A stretch of DNA of 64,000 bases from Eledone cirrhosa (GCA_964016885.1 OZ024742.1:375534001-375598000), one strand, 5' to 3'; counted from the first letter of the stretch, positions 1 through 11,571 are shown. Notes: a model not told the origin generated them from the sequence alone. Numbers and translations are program-made.

Positions 1-3000
1 GCTTTTGACTTCTTCTGTGCTTTTGACTTCTTCTATGCCTTTGACTTCTTCTGTGCTTTTGTTTTCTTCTGTACTTTTGACTTCTTCTGTGCCTTTGTCT
101 TCTTCTGTGCATTTGACTTCTTCTGTGCTTTTGACTTCTTCTGTGCCTTTGACTTCTTCTCTGCCTTTGACTTCTTCTGTGCTTTTGACTTCTTCTGTGC
201 CTTTGACTTCTTCTGTGCCTTTGTCTTCTTCTGTGCCTTTGACTTCTTCTGTGCTTTTGTTTTCTTCTGTGCTTTTGACTTCTTCTGTGCCTTTGACTTC
301 TTCTGTGCCTTTAACTTCTTCTGTGCTTTTGACTTCTTCTGTGCCTTTTACTTCTTCTGTGCCTTTGTCTTCTTCTGTGCTTTTGACTTCTTCTGTGCCT
401 TTGGCTTCTTCTGTGCCTTTGTCTTCTTCTGTGCCTTTGACCTCTTCTGTGCCTTTGACTTCTTCTGTGCTTTTGTTTTCTTCTGTGCTTTTGACTTCTT
501 CTGTGCCTTTGACTTCTTCTGTGCCTTTGACTTCTTCTGTGCCTTTGACTTCTTTTGTGCCTTTGACTTCTTCTGTGCTTTTGACTTCTTCTGTACCTTT
601 GACTTCTTCTGTGCCTTTGACTTCTTCTGTGCCTTTGACTTCTTCTGTGCTTTTGACTTCTTGTGTGCCTTTGACTTCTTCTGTGCTTTTGACTTCTTCT
701 GTGCCTTTGACTTCTTCTGTGCTTTTGACTTCTTCTGTGCCTTTGACTTCTTCTGTGCCTTTGACTTCTTCTGTGCCTTTGACTTCTTCTGTGCCTTTGA
801 CTTCTTCTGTGCCTTTGACTTCTTCTGTGCTTTTGACTTCTTCTGTGCCTTTGACTTCTTCTGTGCCTTTGACTTCTTCTGTGCCTTTGACTTCTTCTGT
901 GCTTTTGACTTCTTCTGTGCCTTTGACTTCTACTGTGCCTTTGACTTCTTCTGTGCTTTTGACTTCTTCTGTGCCTTTGACTTCTTCTGTGCATTTATCT
1001 TCTTCTGTGCCTTTGACTTCTTCTGTGCTTTTGTTTTCTTCTGTACTTTTGACTTCTTCTGTGCCTTTGACTTCTTCTCTGCCGTTGACTTCTTCTGTGC
1101 TTTTGACTTCTTCTCTGCCTTTGACTTCTTCTGTGCCTTTGTCTTCTTCTGTGCCTTTGACTTCTTCTGTGCCTTTGACTTCTTCTGTGCATTTATCTTC
1201 TTCTGTGCCTTTGACTTCTTCTGTGCTTTTGTTTTCTTCTGTACTTTTGACTTCTTCTGTGCCTTTGACTTCTTCTGTGCCTTTGACTTCTTCTGTGCTT
1301 TTGACTTCTTCTCTGCCTTTGACTTCTTCTGTGCCTTTGTCTTCTTCTGTGCCTTTGACTTCTTCTGTGCCTTTGACTTCTTCTGTGCTTTTGTTTTCTT
1401 CTGTGCTTTTGACTTCTTCCATGCTTTTGACTTCTTCTGTGCCTTTGACTTCTTCTGTGCCTTTGACTTCTTCTGTGCCTTTGTCTTCTTCTGTGCCTTT
1501 GACTTCTTCTGTGCCTTTGACTTCTTCTGTGCCTTTGACTTCTTCTGTGCCTTTGACTTCTTCTGTGCCTTTGACTTCTTCTGTGCTTTTGACTTCTTCT
1601 GTGCCTTTGACTTCGTCTGTGCTCTTGACTTCTTCTGTGCCTTTGACTTCTTCTGTGCTTTTGACTTCTTCTGTGCCCTTGACTTCTTCTGTGCCTTTGA
1701 CTTCTTCTGTGCTTTTGTTTTCTTCTGTGCTTTTGACTTCTTCTGTGCCTTTGACTTCTTCTGTGCCTTTGCCTTCTTCTGTGCCTTTGACTTCTTCTGT
1801 GCCTTTGACTTCTTCTGTGCTTTTGTTTTCTTCTGTGCCTTTGACTTCTTCTGTGGTTTTGACATCTTCTGTGCCTTTGACTTCTTCTGTGCCTTTGTCT
1901 TCCTCTGTGCCTTTGACTTCTTCTGTGCTTTTGACTTCTTCTGTGCTTTTGACTTCTTCTATGCCTTTGACTTCTTCTGTGCTTTTGTTTTCTTCTGTAC
2001 TTTTGACTTCTTCTGTGCCTTTGACTTCTTCTGTGCATTTGATTTCTTCTGTGCTTTTGACTTCTTCTGTGCCTTTGACTTCTTCTGGGCTTTTGACTTC
2101 TTCTGTGCCTTTGAGTTCTTCTGTGCCTTTGTCTTCTTCTGTGCCTTTGACTTCTTCTGTGCTTTTGTTTTCTTCTGTGCTTTTGACTTCTTCTGTGCCT
2201 TTGACTTCTTCTGTGCCTTTAACTTCTTCTGTGCTTTTGACTTCTTCTGTGCCTTTGACTTCTTCTGTGCCTTTGTCTTCTTCTGTGCTTTTGACTTCTT
2301 CTGTGCCTTTGACTTCTTCTGTGCCTTTGACTTCTTCTGTGCCTTTGTCTTCTTCTGTGCCTTTGACCTCTTCTGTGCTTTTGACTTCTTCTGTGCCTTT
2401 GTCTTCTTCTGTGCCTTTGACTTCTTCTGTGCCTTTGACTTCTTCTGTGCCTTTGACTTCTTCTGTGCTTTTGACTTCTTCTGTGCCTTTGACTTCTTCT
2501 GTGCCTTTGACTTCTTCTGTGCCTTTGACTTCTTCTGTGCTTTTGACTTCTTGTGTGCCTTTGACTTCTTCTGTGCTTTTGACTTCTTCTGTGCTTTTGT
2601 TTTCTTCTGTGCCTTTGACTTCTTCTGTGCCTTTGACTTCTTCTGTGCCTTTGACTTCTTCTGTGCTTTTGACTTCTTCTGTGTCTTTGACTTCTTCTGT
2701 GCTTTTGACTTCTTCTGTGCCTTTGACTTCTTCTGTGCTTTTGACTTCTTCTGTGCATTTGACTTCCTCTGTGCCTTTGACTTCTTCTGTGCCTTTGTCT
2801 TCTTCTGTGCCTTTGACTTCTTCTGTGCCTTTGACTTCTTCTGTGCTTTTGACTTCTTCTGTGCCTTTGACTTCTTCTGTGCCTTTGACTTCTTCTGTGC
2901 CTTTGTCTTCTTCTGTGCATTTGACTTCTTCTGTGCCTTTGACTTCTTCTGTGCTTTTGTTTTATTCTGTGCTTTTGACTTCTTCTGTGCCTTTGACTTC

Positions 3001-6000
3001 TTCTGTGCCTTTGACTTCTTCTGTGCTTTTGACATCTTCTGTGCCTTTGACTTCTTCTGTGCCTTTGACTTCTTCTGTGCCTTTGTCTTCTTCTGTGCCT
3101 TTGACTTCTTCTGTGCTTTTGTCTTCTTCTGTGCCTTTGACTTCTTCTGTGCTTTTGACTTCTTCTGTGCCTTTGACTTCTTTTCTGCTTTTATTTTCTT
3201 CTGTGCTTTTGACTTCTTCTGTGCCTTTGACTTCTTCTGTACCTTTGACTTCTTCTGTGCCTTTGACTTCTTCTGTGCCTTTGACTTCTTCTGTGCTTTT
3301 GTTTTCTTCTGTGCTTTTGACTTCTTCTGTGCCTTTGTCTTCTTCTGTGCCCTTGACTTCTTCTGTGCTTTTGACTTCTGTGCCTTTGACTTCTTCTGTG
3401 CTTTTGACTTCTTCTGTGAGTTTGACTTCTTCTGTGCCTTTGATTTCTTCTGTGCCTTTGACTTCTTCGGTGCCTTTGACTTCTTCTGTGCTTTTGTTTT
3501 CTTCTGTGCCTTTGACTTCTTCTGTGCCTTTGTCTTCTTCTGTGCCTTTGACTTCTTCTGTGCTTTTGACTTCTGTGCTTTTGACTTCTTCTGTGCCTTT
3601 GACTTCTTCTGTGCTTTTGACTTCTTCTGTGCCTTTGACTTCTTCTGTGCTTTTGACTTCTTCTGTGCCTTTGTCTTCTTCTGTGCCTTTGACTTCTTCC
3701 GTGCCTTTGTCTTCTTCTGTGCCTTTGACTTCTTCTGTGCCTTTGACTTCTACTGTGCCTTTGACTTCTTCTGTGCTTTTGTCTTCTTCTGTGCCTTTGA
3801 CTTCTTCTGTGCTTTTGACTTCTTCTGTGCCTTTGACTTCTTCTGTGCCTTTGACTTCTTCTGTGCCTTTGACTTCTTCTGTGCCTTTGACTTCTTCTGT
3901 GCTTTTGACTTCTTCTGTGCCTTTGACTTCATCTGTGCTTTTGACTTCTTCTGTGCTTTTGACTTCTTCTGTGCCTTTGACTTCTTCTGTGCCTTTGACT
4001 TCTTCTGTGCTTTTGACTTCTTCTATGCCTTTGACTTCTTCTGTGCCTTTGACTTCTTCTCTGCTTTTGACTTCTTCTGTGCCTTTGACTTCTTCTGTGC
4101 CTTTGACTTCTTCTGTGCCTTTGTCTTCTTCTGTGCCTTTGACTTCTTCTGTGCCTTTGACTTCTTCTGTGCTTTTGTTTTCTTCTGTGCTTTTGACTTC
4201 TTCTGTGCCTTTGACTTCTTCTGTGCCTTTAACTTCTTCTGTGCTTTTGACTTCTTCTGTGCCTGTGACTTCTTCTGTGCCTTTGACTTCTTCTGTGCTT
4301 TTGACTTCTTCTGTGCCTTTGACTTCTTCTGTGCCTTTGACTTCTTCTGTGCCTTTGTCTTCTTCTGTGCCTTTGACTTCTTCTGTGCCTTTGACTTCTT
4401 CTGTGCTTTTGTTTTCTTCTGTGCTTTTGACTTCTTCTGTGCCTTTGACTTCTTCTGTGCCTTTGACTTCTTCTGTGCCTTTGACTTCTTCTGTGCCTTT
4501 GACTTCTTCTGTGCTTTTGTTTTCTTCTGTGCCTTTGACTTCTTCTGTGCCTTTGTCTTCTTCTGTGCCTTTGACTTCTTCTGTGCCTTTGACTTCTTCT
4601 GTGCCTTTGACTTCTTCTGTGCTTTTGACTTCTTCTGTGCCTTTGACTTCTTCTCTGGTTTTGACTTCTTCTGTGCCTTTGACTTCTTCTGTGCCTTTGT
4701 CTTCTTCTGTGCCTTTGACTTCTGTGCTTTTGACTTCTTCTGTGCTTTTGACTTCTTCTATGCTTTTGACTTCTTCTGTGCTTTTGTTTTCTTCTGTACT
4801 TTTGACTTCTTCTGTGCCTTTGTCTTCTTCTGTGCATTTGACTTCTTCTGTGCTTTTGACTTCTTCTGTGCCTTTGACTTCTTCTCTGCCTTTGACTTCT
4901 TCTGTGCTTTTGACTTCTTCTGTGCCTTTGACTTCTTCTGTGCCTTTTTCTTCTTCTGTGCCTTTGACTTCTTCTGTGCTTTTGTTTTCTTCTGTGCTTT
5001 TGACTTCTTCTGTGCCTTTGACTTCTTCTGTGCCTTTAACTTCTTCTGTGCTTTTGACTTCTTCTGTGCCTTTGACTTCTTCTGTGCCTTTGTCTTCTTC
5101 TGTGCTTTTGACTTCTTCTGTGCCTTTGGCTTCTTCTGTGCCTTTGACTTCTTCTGTGCCTTTGTCTTCTTCTGTGCCTTTGACCTCTTCTGTGCCTTTG
5201 ACTTCTTCTGTGCTTTTGTTTTCTTCTGTGCTTTTGACTTCTTCTGTGCCTTTGTCTTCTTCTGTGCCTTTGACTTCTTCTGTGCCTTTGACTTCTTTTG
5301 TGCCTTTGACTTCTTCTGTGCTTTTGACTTCTTCTGTACCTTTGACTTCTTCTGTGCCTTTGACTTCTTCTGTGCCTTTGACTTCTTCTGTGCTTTTGAC
5401 TTCTTGTGTGCCTTTGACTTCTTCTGTGCTTTTGACTTCTTATGTGCCTTTGACTTCTTCTGTGCTTTTGACTTCTTCTGTGCCTTTGACTTCTTCTGTG
5501 CCTTTGACTTCTTCTGTGCCTTTGACTTCTTCTGTGCCTTTGACTTCTTCTGTGCCTTTGACTTCTTCTGTGCTTTTGACTTCTTCTGTGCCTTTGACTT
5601 CTTCTGTGCCTTTGACTTCTTCTGTGCCTTTGACTTCTTCTGTGCTTTTGACTTCTTCTGTGCCTTTGACTTCTTCTGTGCCTTTGACTTCTTCTGTGCT
5701 TTTGACTTCTTCTGTGCCTTTGACTTCTTCTGTGCCTTTATCTTCTTCTGTGCCTTTGACTTCTTCTGTGCTTTTGTTTTCTTCTGTACTTTTGACTTCT
5801 TCTGTGCCTTTGACTTCTTCTCTGCCGTTGACTTCTTCTGTGCCTTTGACTTCTTCTGTGCCTTTGACTTCTTGTGTGCTTTTGACTTCTTCTCTGCCTT
5901 TGACTTCTTCTGTGCCTTTGTCTTCTTCTGTGCCTTTGACTTCTTCTGTGCCTTTGACTTCTTCTGTGCTTTTGTTTTCTTCTGTGCTTTTGACTTCTTC

Positions 6001-7800
6001 TGTGCTTTTGACTTCTTCTGTGCCTTTGACTTCTTCTGTGCCTTTGACTTCTTCTGTGCCTTTGTCTTCTTCTGTGCCTTTGACTTCTTCTGTGCCTTTG
6101 ACTTCTTCTGTGCCTTTGACTTCTTCTGTGCCTTTGACTTCTTCTGTGCCTTTGACTTCTTCTGTGCTTTTGACTTCTTCTGTGCCTTTGACTTCGTCTG
6201 TGCTTTTGACTTCTTCTGTGCCTTTGACTTCTTCTGTGCTTTTGACTTCTTCTGTGCCCTTGACTTCTTCTGTGCCTTTGACTTCTTCTGTGCTTTTGAC
6301 TTCTTCTGTGCCTTTGTCTTCTTCTGTGCCTTTGACTTCTTCTGTGCCTTTGACTTCTTCTGTGCTTTTGACTTCTTCTGTGCCTTTGTCTTCTTCTGTG
6401 CTTTTGTCTTCTTCTGTGCCTTTGACTTCTTCTGTGCCTTTGACTTTTTCTGTGCCTTTGACTTCTTCTGTGCTTTTGACTTCTTCTGTGCCTTTGACTT
6501 CTTCTGTGCCTTTGACTTCTTCTGTGCCTTTGACTTCTTCTGTGCTTTTGACTTCTTCTGTGCCTTTGACTTCTTCTGTGCCTTTGACTACTTCTGTGCT
6601 TTTGGCTTCTTCTGTGCCTTTGACTTCTTCTGTGCCTTTGTCTTCTTCTGTGCTTTTGACTTCTTCTGTGCTTTTGACTTCTTCTGTGCCTTTGACTTCT
6701 TGTGTGCCTTTGTCTTCTTCTGTGCTTTTGACTTCTTCTGTGCCTTTGACTTCTTCTGTGCCTTTGACTTCCTCTGTGCTTTTGACTTCTTCTGTGCCTT
6801 TGACTTCTTCTGTGCCTTTGACTTCTTCTGTGCTTTTGACTTCTTCTGTGCCTTTGACTTCTTCTGTGCCTTTGTCTTCTTCTGTGCTTTTGACTTCTTC
6901 TGTGCTTTTGACTTCTTCTGTGCCTTTGACTTCTTCTGTGCCTTTGTCTTCTTCTGTGCTTTTGACTTCTTCTGTGCTTTTGACTTCTTCTGTGCCTTTG
7001 ACTTCTTCTGTGCTTTTGACTTCTTCTGTGCTTTTGACTTCTTCTGTGCCTTTGACTTCTTCTGTGCCTTTGTCTTCTTCTGTGCCATTGACTTCTTCTG
7101 TGCCTTTGACTTCTTCTGTGCTTTTGACTTCTTCTGTGCCTTTGACTTCTTCTGTTCCTTTGACCTCTGTGCCTTTGACTTCTTCTGTGCCTTTGTCTTC
7201 TTCTGTGCTTTTGACTTCTTCTGTGCTTTTGACTTCTGTGCTTTTGACTTCTTCTGTGCTTTTGACTTCTTCTGTGCCTTTGACTTCTTCTGTGCCTTTG
7301 ACTTCTTCTGTGCTTTTGACTTCTTCTGTGCCTTTGACTTCTTCTGTGACTTTGACTTCTGTGCTTTTGACTTCTTCTGTGCCTTTGTCTTCTTCTGTGC
7401 CTTTGACTTCTTCTGTGCTTTAGACTCATTCTGTGCCTTTGACTTCTTCTGTGCTTTTGACTTCTTCTGTGCCTTTGTCTTCTTCTGTGCTTTTGACTTC
7501 TTCTGTGCTTTTGACTTCTTCTGTGCCTTTGTCTTCTTCTGTGCTTTTGACTTCTTCTGTGCTTTTGACTTCTTCTGTGACTTTGTCTTCTTCTGTGCTT
7601 TTGACTTCTTCTGTGCTTTTGACTTCTTCTGTGCCTTTGACTTCTTCTGTGCCTTTGAATTCTTCTGTGCTTTTGACTTCTTCTGTGCCTTTGACTTCTT
7701 CTGTGCCTTTGAGTTCTTCTGTGCTTTTGACTTCTTCTGTGCTTTTGACTTCTTCTGTGCCTTTGTCTTCTTCTGTGCTTTTGACTTCTTCTGTGCCTTT
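1..7800. repeat. 18-bp tandem array, consensus GC(C/T)TTTGACTTCTTCTGT, about 430 units, running off the left edge
   Basis: The 18-bp period is directly visible. Recurrent variants are GTC/GTT for GAC and occasional 15-bp units (one TTC lost). The minus strand reads TEEVK(G/S) in one frame. Confidence 0.98.
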
Positions 7801-7817
7801 ACCTTCTCCTCTGCCAT
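7426..7817 (-). CDS. Putative terminal coding exon (phase 1): DGRGEGKG-(TEE[V/D/L/F]K[G/S/V])x20-TE-stop, an acidic low-complexity repeat segment
   Basis: Minus-strand pyrimidine tract and AG acceptor (ttttgtttttggtatttAG, AG at 7819-7818). The start is paralogous to exons at 8218 and 11636 (all tttag|ATGG). TGA at 7428-7426 is followed by TAA at 7422-7420. Confidence 0.55.
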
Positions 7818-8117
7818 CTAAATACCAAAAACAAAAAATGTAAAACATATATGTTGCCTATCTCTCAGACTTTACAAAGTGGTGAGGAGATAAAGTTAAT
7901 TTAAAGAGCAGTGTGCTCATGCACTGTGATCCTATAATGTCGCTTATAAGCTATTTCATAACTAAAAAAACAATGTCAAACATCAATAAAACTATATACA
8001 AATATCTTTGAATGTTTAAGTTAAACCTAAATAGATCGTATCTACAGGTCATTAGGTTAAGACTGAACTAAGATCATATCTATAAATCATTAGGTTTAGA
8101 CTGAACTGAGATCATAC

Positions 8118-8218
8118 TTTCTTCTTCTTTTCGTCATCTTCATTTCCCGTGTCTTCTTTGTCTTTGTTGTCATTTTCATTCTAGTCGTCTGCTTCGTCGT
8201 CTTTTTCTTCCTTTCCAT
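8118..8218 (-). pseudogene. Degenerate duplicated acidic exon (DGKEEKDDEADD*NENDNKDKEDTGNEDDEKKKK)
   Basis: Acceptor tttttatatttAG at 8220-8219 and donor GTATGA from 8117. It has an in-frame TAG, and 101 bp is not a multiple of 3. Confidence 0.55.
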
Positions 8219-8253
8219 CTAAATATAAAAAGGAATTGTAAACAAATATATAG

Positions 8254-9258
8254 ATTTCTATTTATTGCCACTAGGGCGCAAAAGAAGAGGACAAATACAA
8301 GGGGGGGGGGGGGGGGGGGGTTACACAAAAAGGCGAGTAAAGAAAACAAATAACAAATATAAAATTAACAATAAAGTCCTCACTAGGGAGGGGCCGTTTG
8401 GGGGGGTCGCACACACCCCCGAAAAAAGTGTGCAACCCCTTCTCCTCAGGAGCACAGAGAGAGGGTGCTCCCTCGTTCCTTCCTTTTTTCCACCTACAGG
8501 CTTATGTAAAGAGAAGGCCCATTCACACGGGCCATTCTCGCCACTTTCACCTACCTTTCATAAAAACGACTGGGGTTGAGCATCTCTCTCCATCCTGGTC
8601 CTTCTTCCGAAATGATATCGGAAGAAACGGATCAGTTGTTGGCCAGAGAGAAAGGTGTCTGGTCTCAGTCCTTTCTGACGCGTCCACCATACAACCTCTT
8701 TCACCATGGCTATTACGCACAGAAACACCGCCTCTCTTTCATTTTTGAAGGGGGGTCCCACCCATCATAGCAGTCGTTCGACATAGCCCCACAGATCGGC
8801 TACGCCCGAGCAGTGTACCAATGTGTGTGCAACGGTTTCCTCGTCGCACACGCATCTGGGACAGATTTTTTTGGCGGGGTCCCTACCCGGGCGCCCGTGT
8901 CTGTAGAGCTTTTCTCGAACGGGTGGAGCCTCTCGGTAGCACTGCCAGGCCAGGGACATCTGGAAGTTGTCCATAGGTCCCGGGCTGAATGTCCTACCGA
9001 ACAGGCTGGCCAGTTCGTCTTCCTCCATGTCTAGGGCTTCTCGGAGGGCGTCGTCGCACCTGCTGCGTACCAGCCCTCTATAGAATGTCGCGGTGGAGTC
9101 TCCACTGATAACCGGGTCCACCTGCCTGAGGGCCTTGAGCGCCTGGGCACACTGAGTGTGCCAGGCGCCCAGTTTTCTCGGTCTTTGCTTGACCCAAGAT
9201 TGCAGCTCGGTGAGTGAGAAATGAGTCTGGGAAAAGTTCGTCTCACAAACGGGGTCCA
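8254..9258 (-). mobile_element. 5'-truncated L1/Tx1-clade non-LTR retrotransposon (ORF2 C-terminus with zinc knuckle, plus 3' UTR)
   Basis: The translation ...AWQCYREAPPVREKL...KICPRCVCDEETVAHTLVHC...LWGYVERLL carries a zf-RVT-type CxxC..HxxxxC motif, and continues as ...AMVKEVVWWTR. AATAAA lies near the 3' end (about 8261-8266, minus). ATATATAG at 8246-8253 and 9264-9271 is a TSD. Confidence 0.85.
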
Positions 9259-9651
9259 CACATATATATAGCTGATCTCTCAGACTTTCACGAAACACCG
9301 AGGAGATACAGTTAATATAACGAGTGGGGAGCTCATATATATATATATATATATATATATGGTATAGCATGGTGTTATGTGGTCTGGTGTGGTACATGGT
9401 GTGATGTGGTGTGGTATGATATGGTGAGGCGGGGGAGGGGGGGAGACAACATTAGATTAATGTTAACAATACACATGTAGCATCCACATGTGATGAGAAG
9501 GGGGAAACAGTGTTTAACTAATTTTAACATTACATGTAGCATCCATCTACAGGGGATTAAGTTAAGACTGAGGTGTAATCATATGAAAAGGTTAATTTAA
9601 AACTACACTGAGATCCTGCTTAAAATGATGGTCAATGAAGTGTTTACTTAC

Positions 9652-9699
9652 TCAGATCCTTTGAAATAACTTTCTTTCTTTTACTGTAACTGGACATAC
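9652..9699 (-). CDS. Putative 48-bp symmetric phase-1 exon, (G)MSSYSKRKKVISKDL
   Basis: Acceptor ctgttttctatttcgtAG and a perfect donor GTAAGT at 9651-9646. The exon is 48 bp and open in phase 1, which matches the downstream phase-1 exons. Confidence 0.55.
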   Translation of the reverse strand, partial: VCPVTVKERKLFQRI

Positions 9700-9724
9700 C
9701 TACGAAATAGAAAACAGTCGAATA

Positions 9725-10240
9725 GACAGTGGTGTGGTGTGGTGTGGTGTAGAGTGGTGTAGTGTAGTGTGGTTTAGTGTAGTGGACAGTGGTATGGTGT
9801 AGTGTAGTATAGTGGAGTGTGGTTTAGGGTAGTGGACAGTGGTGTGGTGTAGTGGAGTGTGGTGGAGTGGAGTGTGGTTCAATGTAGGGTGGGGGATATG
9901 GTGTAGTGGAGTGTGGTGGGATGTAGTGTGGTAGCATGTGGTGTGATGGCATGTGATGTGATGTGGCGTGGCGTGGTGAAATGTGATGTGATGTGATGAA
10001 ATGTGGCGTGGCGTGGTGAAATGTAATGTGATGTGATGAAATGTGGCGTGGCGTGGTGAAATGAGGCGAGGCTAGGTGAGGCGAGACGAGACGAGACGTG
10101 ATGTGATATGGTGTGATGTGGTGTGGTGTCATGTGGTGAGATATGGTGTGGTGTGGTGTGGTGTGGTGTGGTGAAATGTGGTGTGGTGTGGTGTGGTGTG
10201 GTGGCGTGTGGAGTGATGTGATGTGGTGTGATGTGATGTG
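9725..10240. repeat. Pentanucleotide microsatellite (GTGTG/GTGTA/GTGAT)n
   Basis: Degenerate 5-bp repeats are directly visible. Confidence 0.95.
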
Positions 10241-11230
10241 AAATTTTTTCATCCTATTTTTCATGTGCTATCAACTAATCCAATTTCCAAGATGCTTGAA
10301 ACTGACTTTTTCCCCCCAGGAAAGTGGCGGGGTGAGGTGGTTCCCCCTTCACCCGGATAACCCCTGCTTACTCGGAATTTTCTCTTTGATTCTATTTTCA
10401 TGCGTTATCAGTGAATATGACTTCCAAACCAGTAAAAAAAAACTAGCTTTGGAGAAAGAGGAGGGAGAGGGGAAGAGTTTTTCAGATCTACACCCCACTC
10501 ACATGTTGCGGGACTTAATCATTTTCGGTATATTTCCTGTGCTATTTCCTATGCTATTTCCTATGCTATTTCCTGTGCTATTTCCTGTGCTATTTCCTGT
10601 GCTATTAATTAATCTGACCTCCTAGATTCTTCCAGCCAACTTATTTCCCTGGGTTAGGTTTAGGGTTGGGGGTAAAGTTTAGGGTTTAGTTTTAGGTTTG
10701 GGGTAATGTTTAGGGTCTAGTTTTAGGGCTGGGGTAATGTTTAGGGTTTTGTTTTATGGTTGGGGTATAGTTTAGGGTTTAGTTTAAAGGTTGGGGTAAT
10801 GTTTATATTTAGATTTAGCTTGGTTTGGTTTAGATTTAGAGTTTAGGGTTGGGGCTAGATTTAATTTTATGTTTAATTTAGTTTTAGTTTCCAAATCCCA
10901 GAAAAAAAATTGATTCAGAGCAACTAAAAGGTCAGATTAGTTGATAGCACTCAAAAGGAGACCGAAGAAAAATCATTAGGGTATATATCTACAAAACGAC
11001 AATGGTTTTTCCACCTGCTTTACCCCTCCTTTTTCCTAGAACAACTAATCATTTCCAACTGGTTTGGAGGTCATATTCGTTGATAACATACGAAAAATCT
11101 TAGAGAAAACTCTGGGGTTAAATGAGAGAAGTGCATCCACATAAGTTTTCCATGAAGAGAGAGTCAATAACAAACATCTTGGAGTTCGGATTAGTTGATA
11201 ACACATGAAAAAAAGATGAGGAAAAAATTT
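10241..11230. mobile_element. Non-autonomous foldback/MITE-like element with long diverged inverted arms and a TTAGGG-like core
   Basis: The left end aattttttcatcctattttttcatgtgctatcaactaatcc matches the reverse complement of the right end ggattagttgataacacatgaaaaaaagatgaggaaaaaatt. An inner inverted repeat pairs 10599-10653 with 10897-10950. No ORF. Confidence 0.7.
10651..10890 (+). repeat. Degenerate telomere-like (TTAGGG/TTTAGGG/TTGGGG) tract
   Basis: gggttaggtttagggttgggggtaaagtttagggtttag..., with a ~30-bp super-period. Confidence 0.8.
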
Positions 11231-11571
11231 TGGGTGTTATGTGGTGTGGAGTAGTGTGGTGTGTTTTTATGTGGTGTGGTGTAGTGAGGTGTGTTTTTAT
11301 GTGGTGTGATGTAGTGAGGTGTGGTGTGTTGTGTTGTGGTGTTACGTGGTGTGGAGTAGTGTGGTGTGTTTTTATGTGGAGTAGTGTGGTGTGTTGTAGT
11401 GAGGAGTGGTGTGTTGTGTTGTGGTGTTATGTGGTATGGAGTAGTGTGGTGTAGTGTTGTATGTTTTTATGTGGTGTGGTGAAGTGTGGTGTGATGTGGT
11501 GCTGTGCACTGCGATGAGGTGTGGTGCAGTGCGGTGTGGTGCAGTGTGGTGTTGTGCAGTGCGATGCAGTG
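11231..11571. repeat. Pentanucleotide microsatellite (GTGTG/GTAGT/GTGCA)n
   Basis: Directly visible, and in the same orientation as 9725-10240. Confidence 0.95.

Noticed and set aside
5-7821. Giant plus-strand ORFs (TSSVPL)n, 2472 aa, and (CAFDFF)n, 2386 aa
   Set aside because: They are a consequence of a stop-free 18-bp unit. They lack an ATG start, and the splice and paralogue evidence points to the minus strand.
8025-8117. Intronic ~38-bp repeat (taggttaagact) as ancestor of the 47-bp satellite
   Set aside because: The similarity is limited to ~10 AT-rich bases, which is not distinguishable from chance.
10651-10890. True telomere or chromosome fusion site
   Set aside because: The tract is short, highly degenerate, in a single orientation and enclosed within inverted arms.
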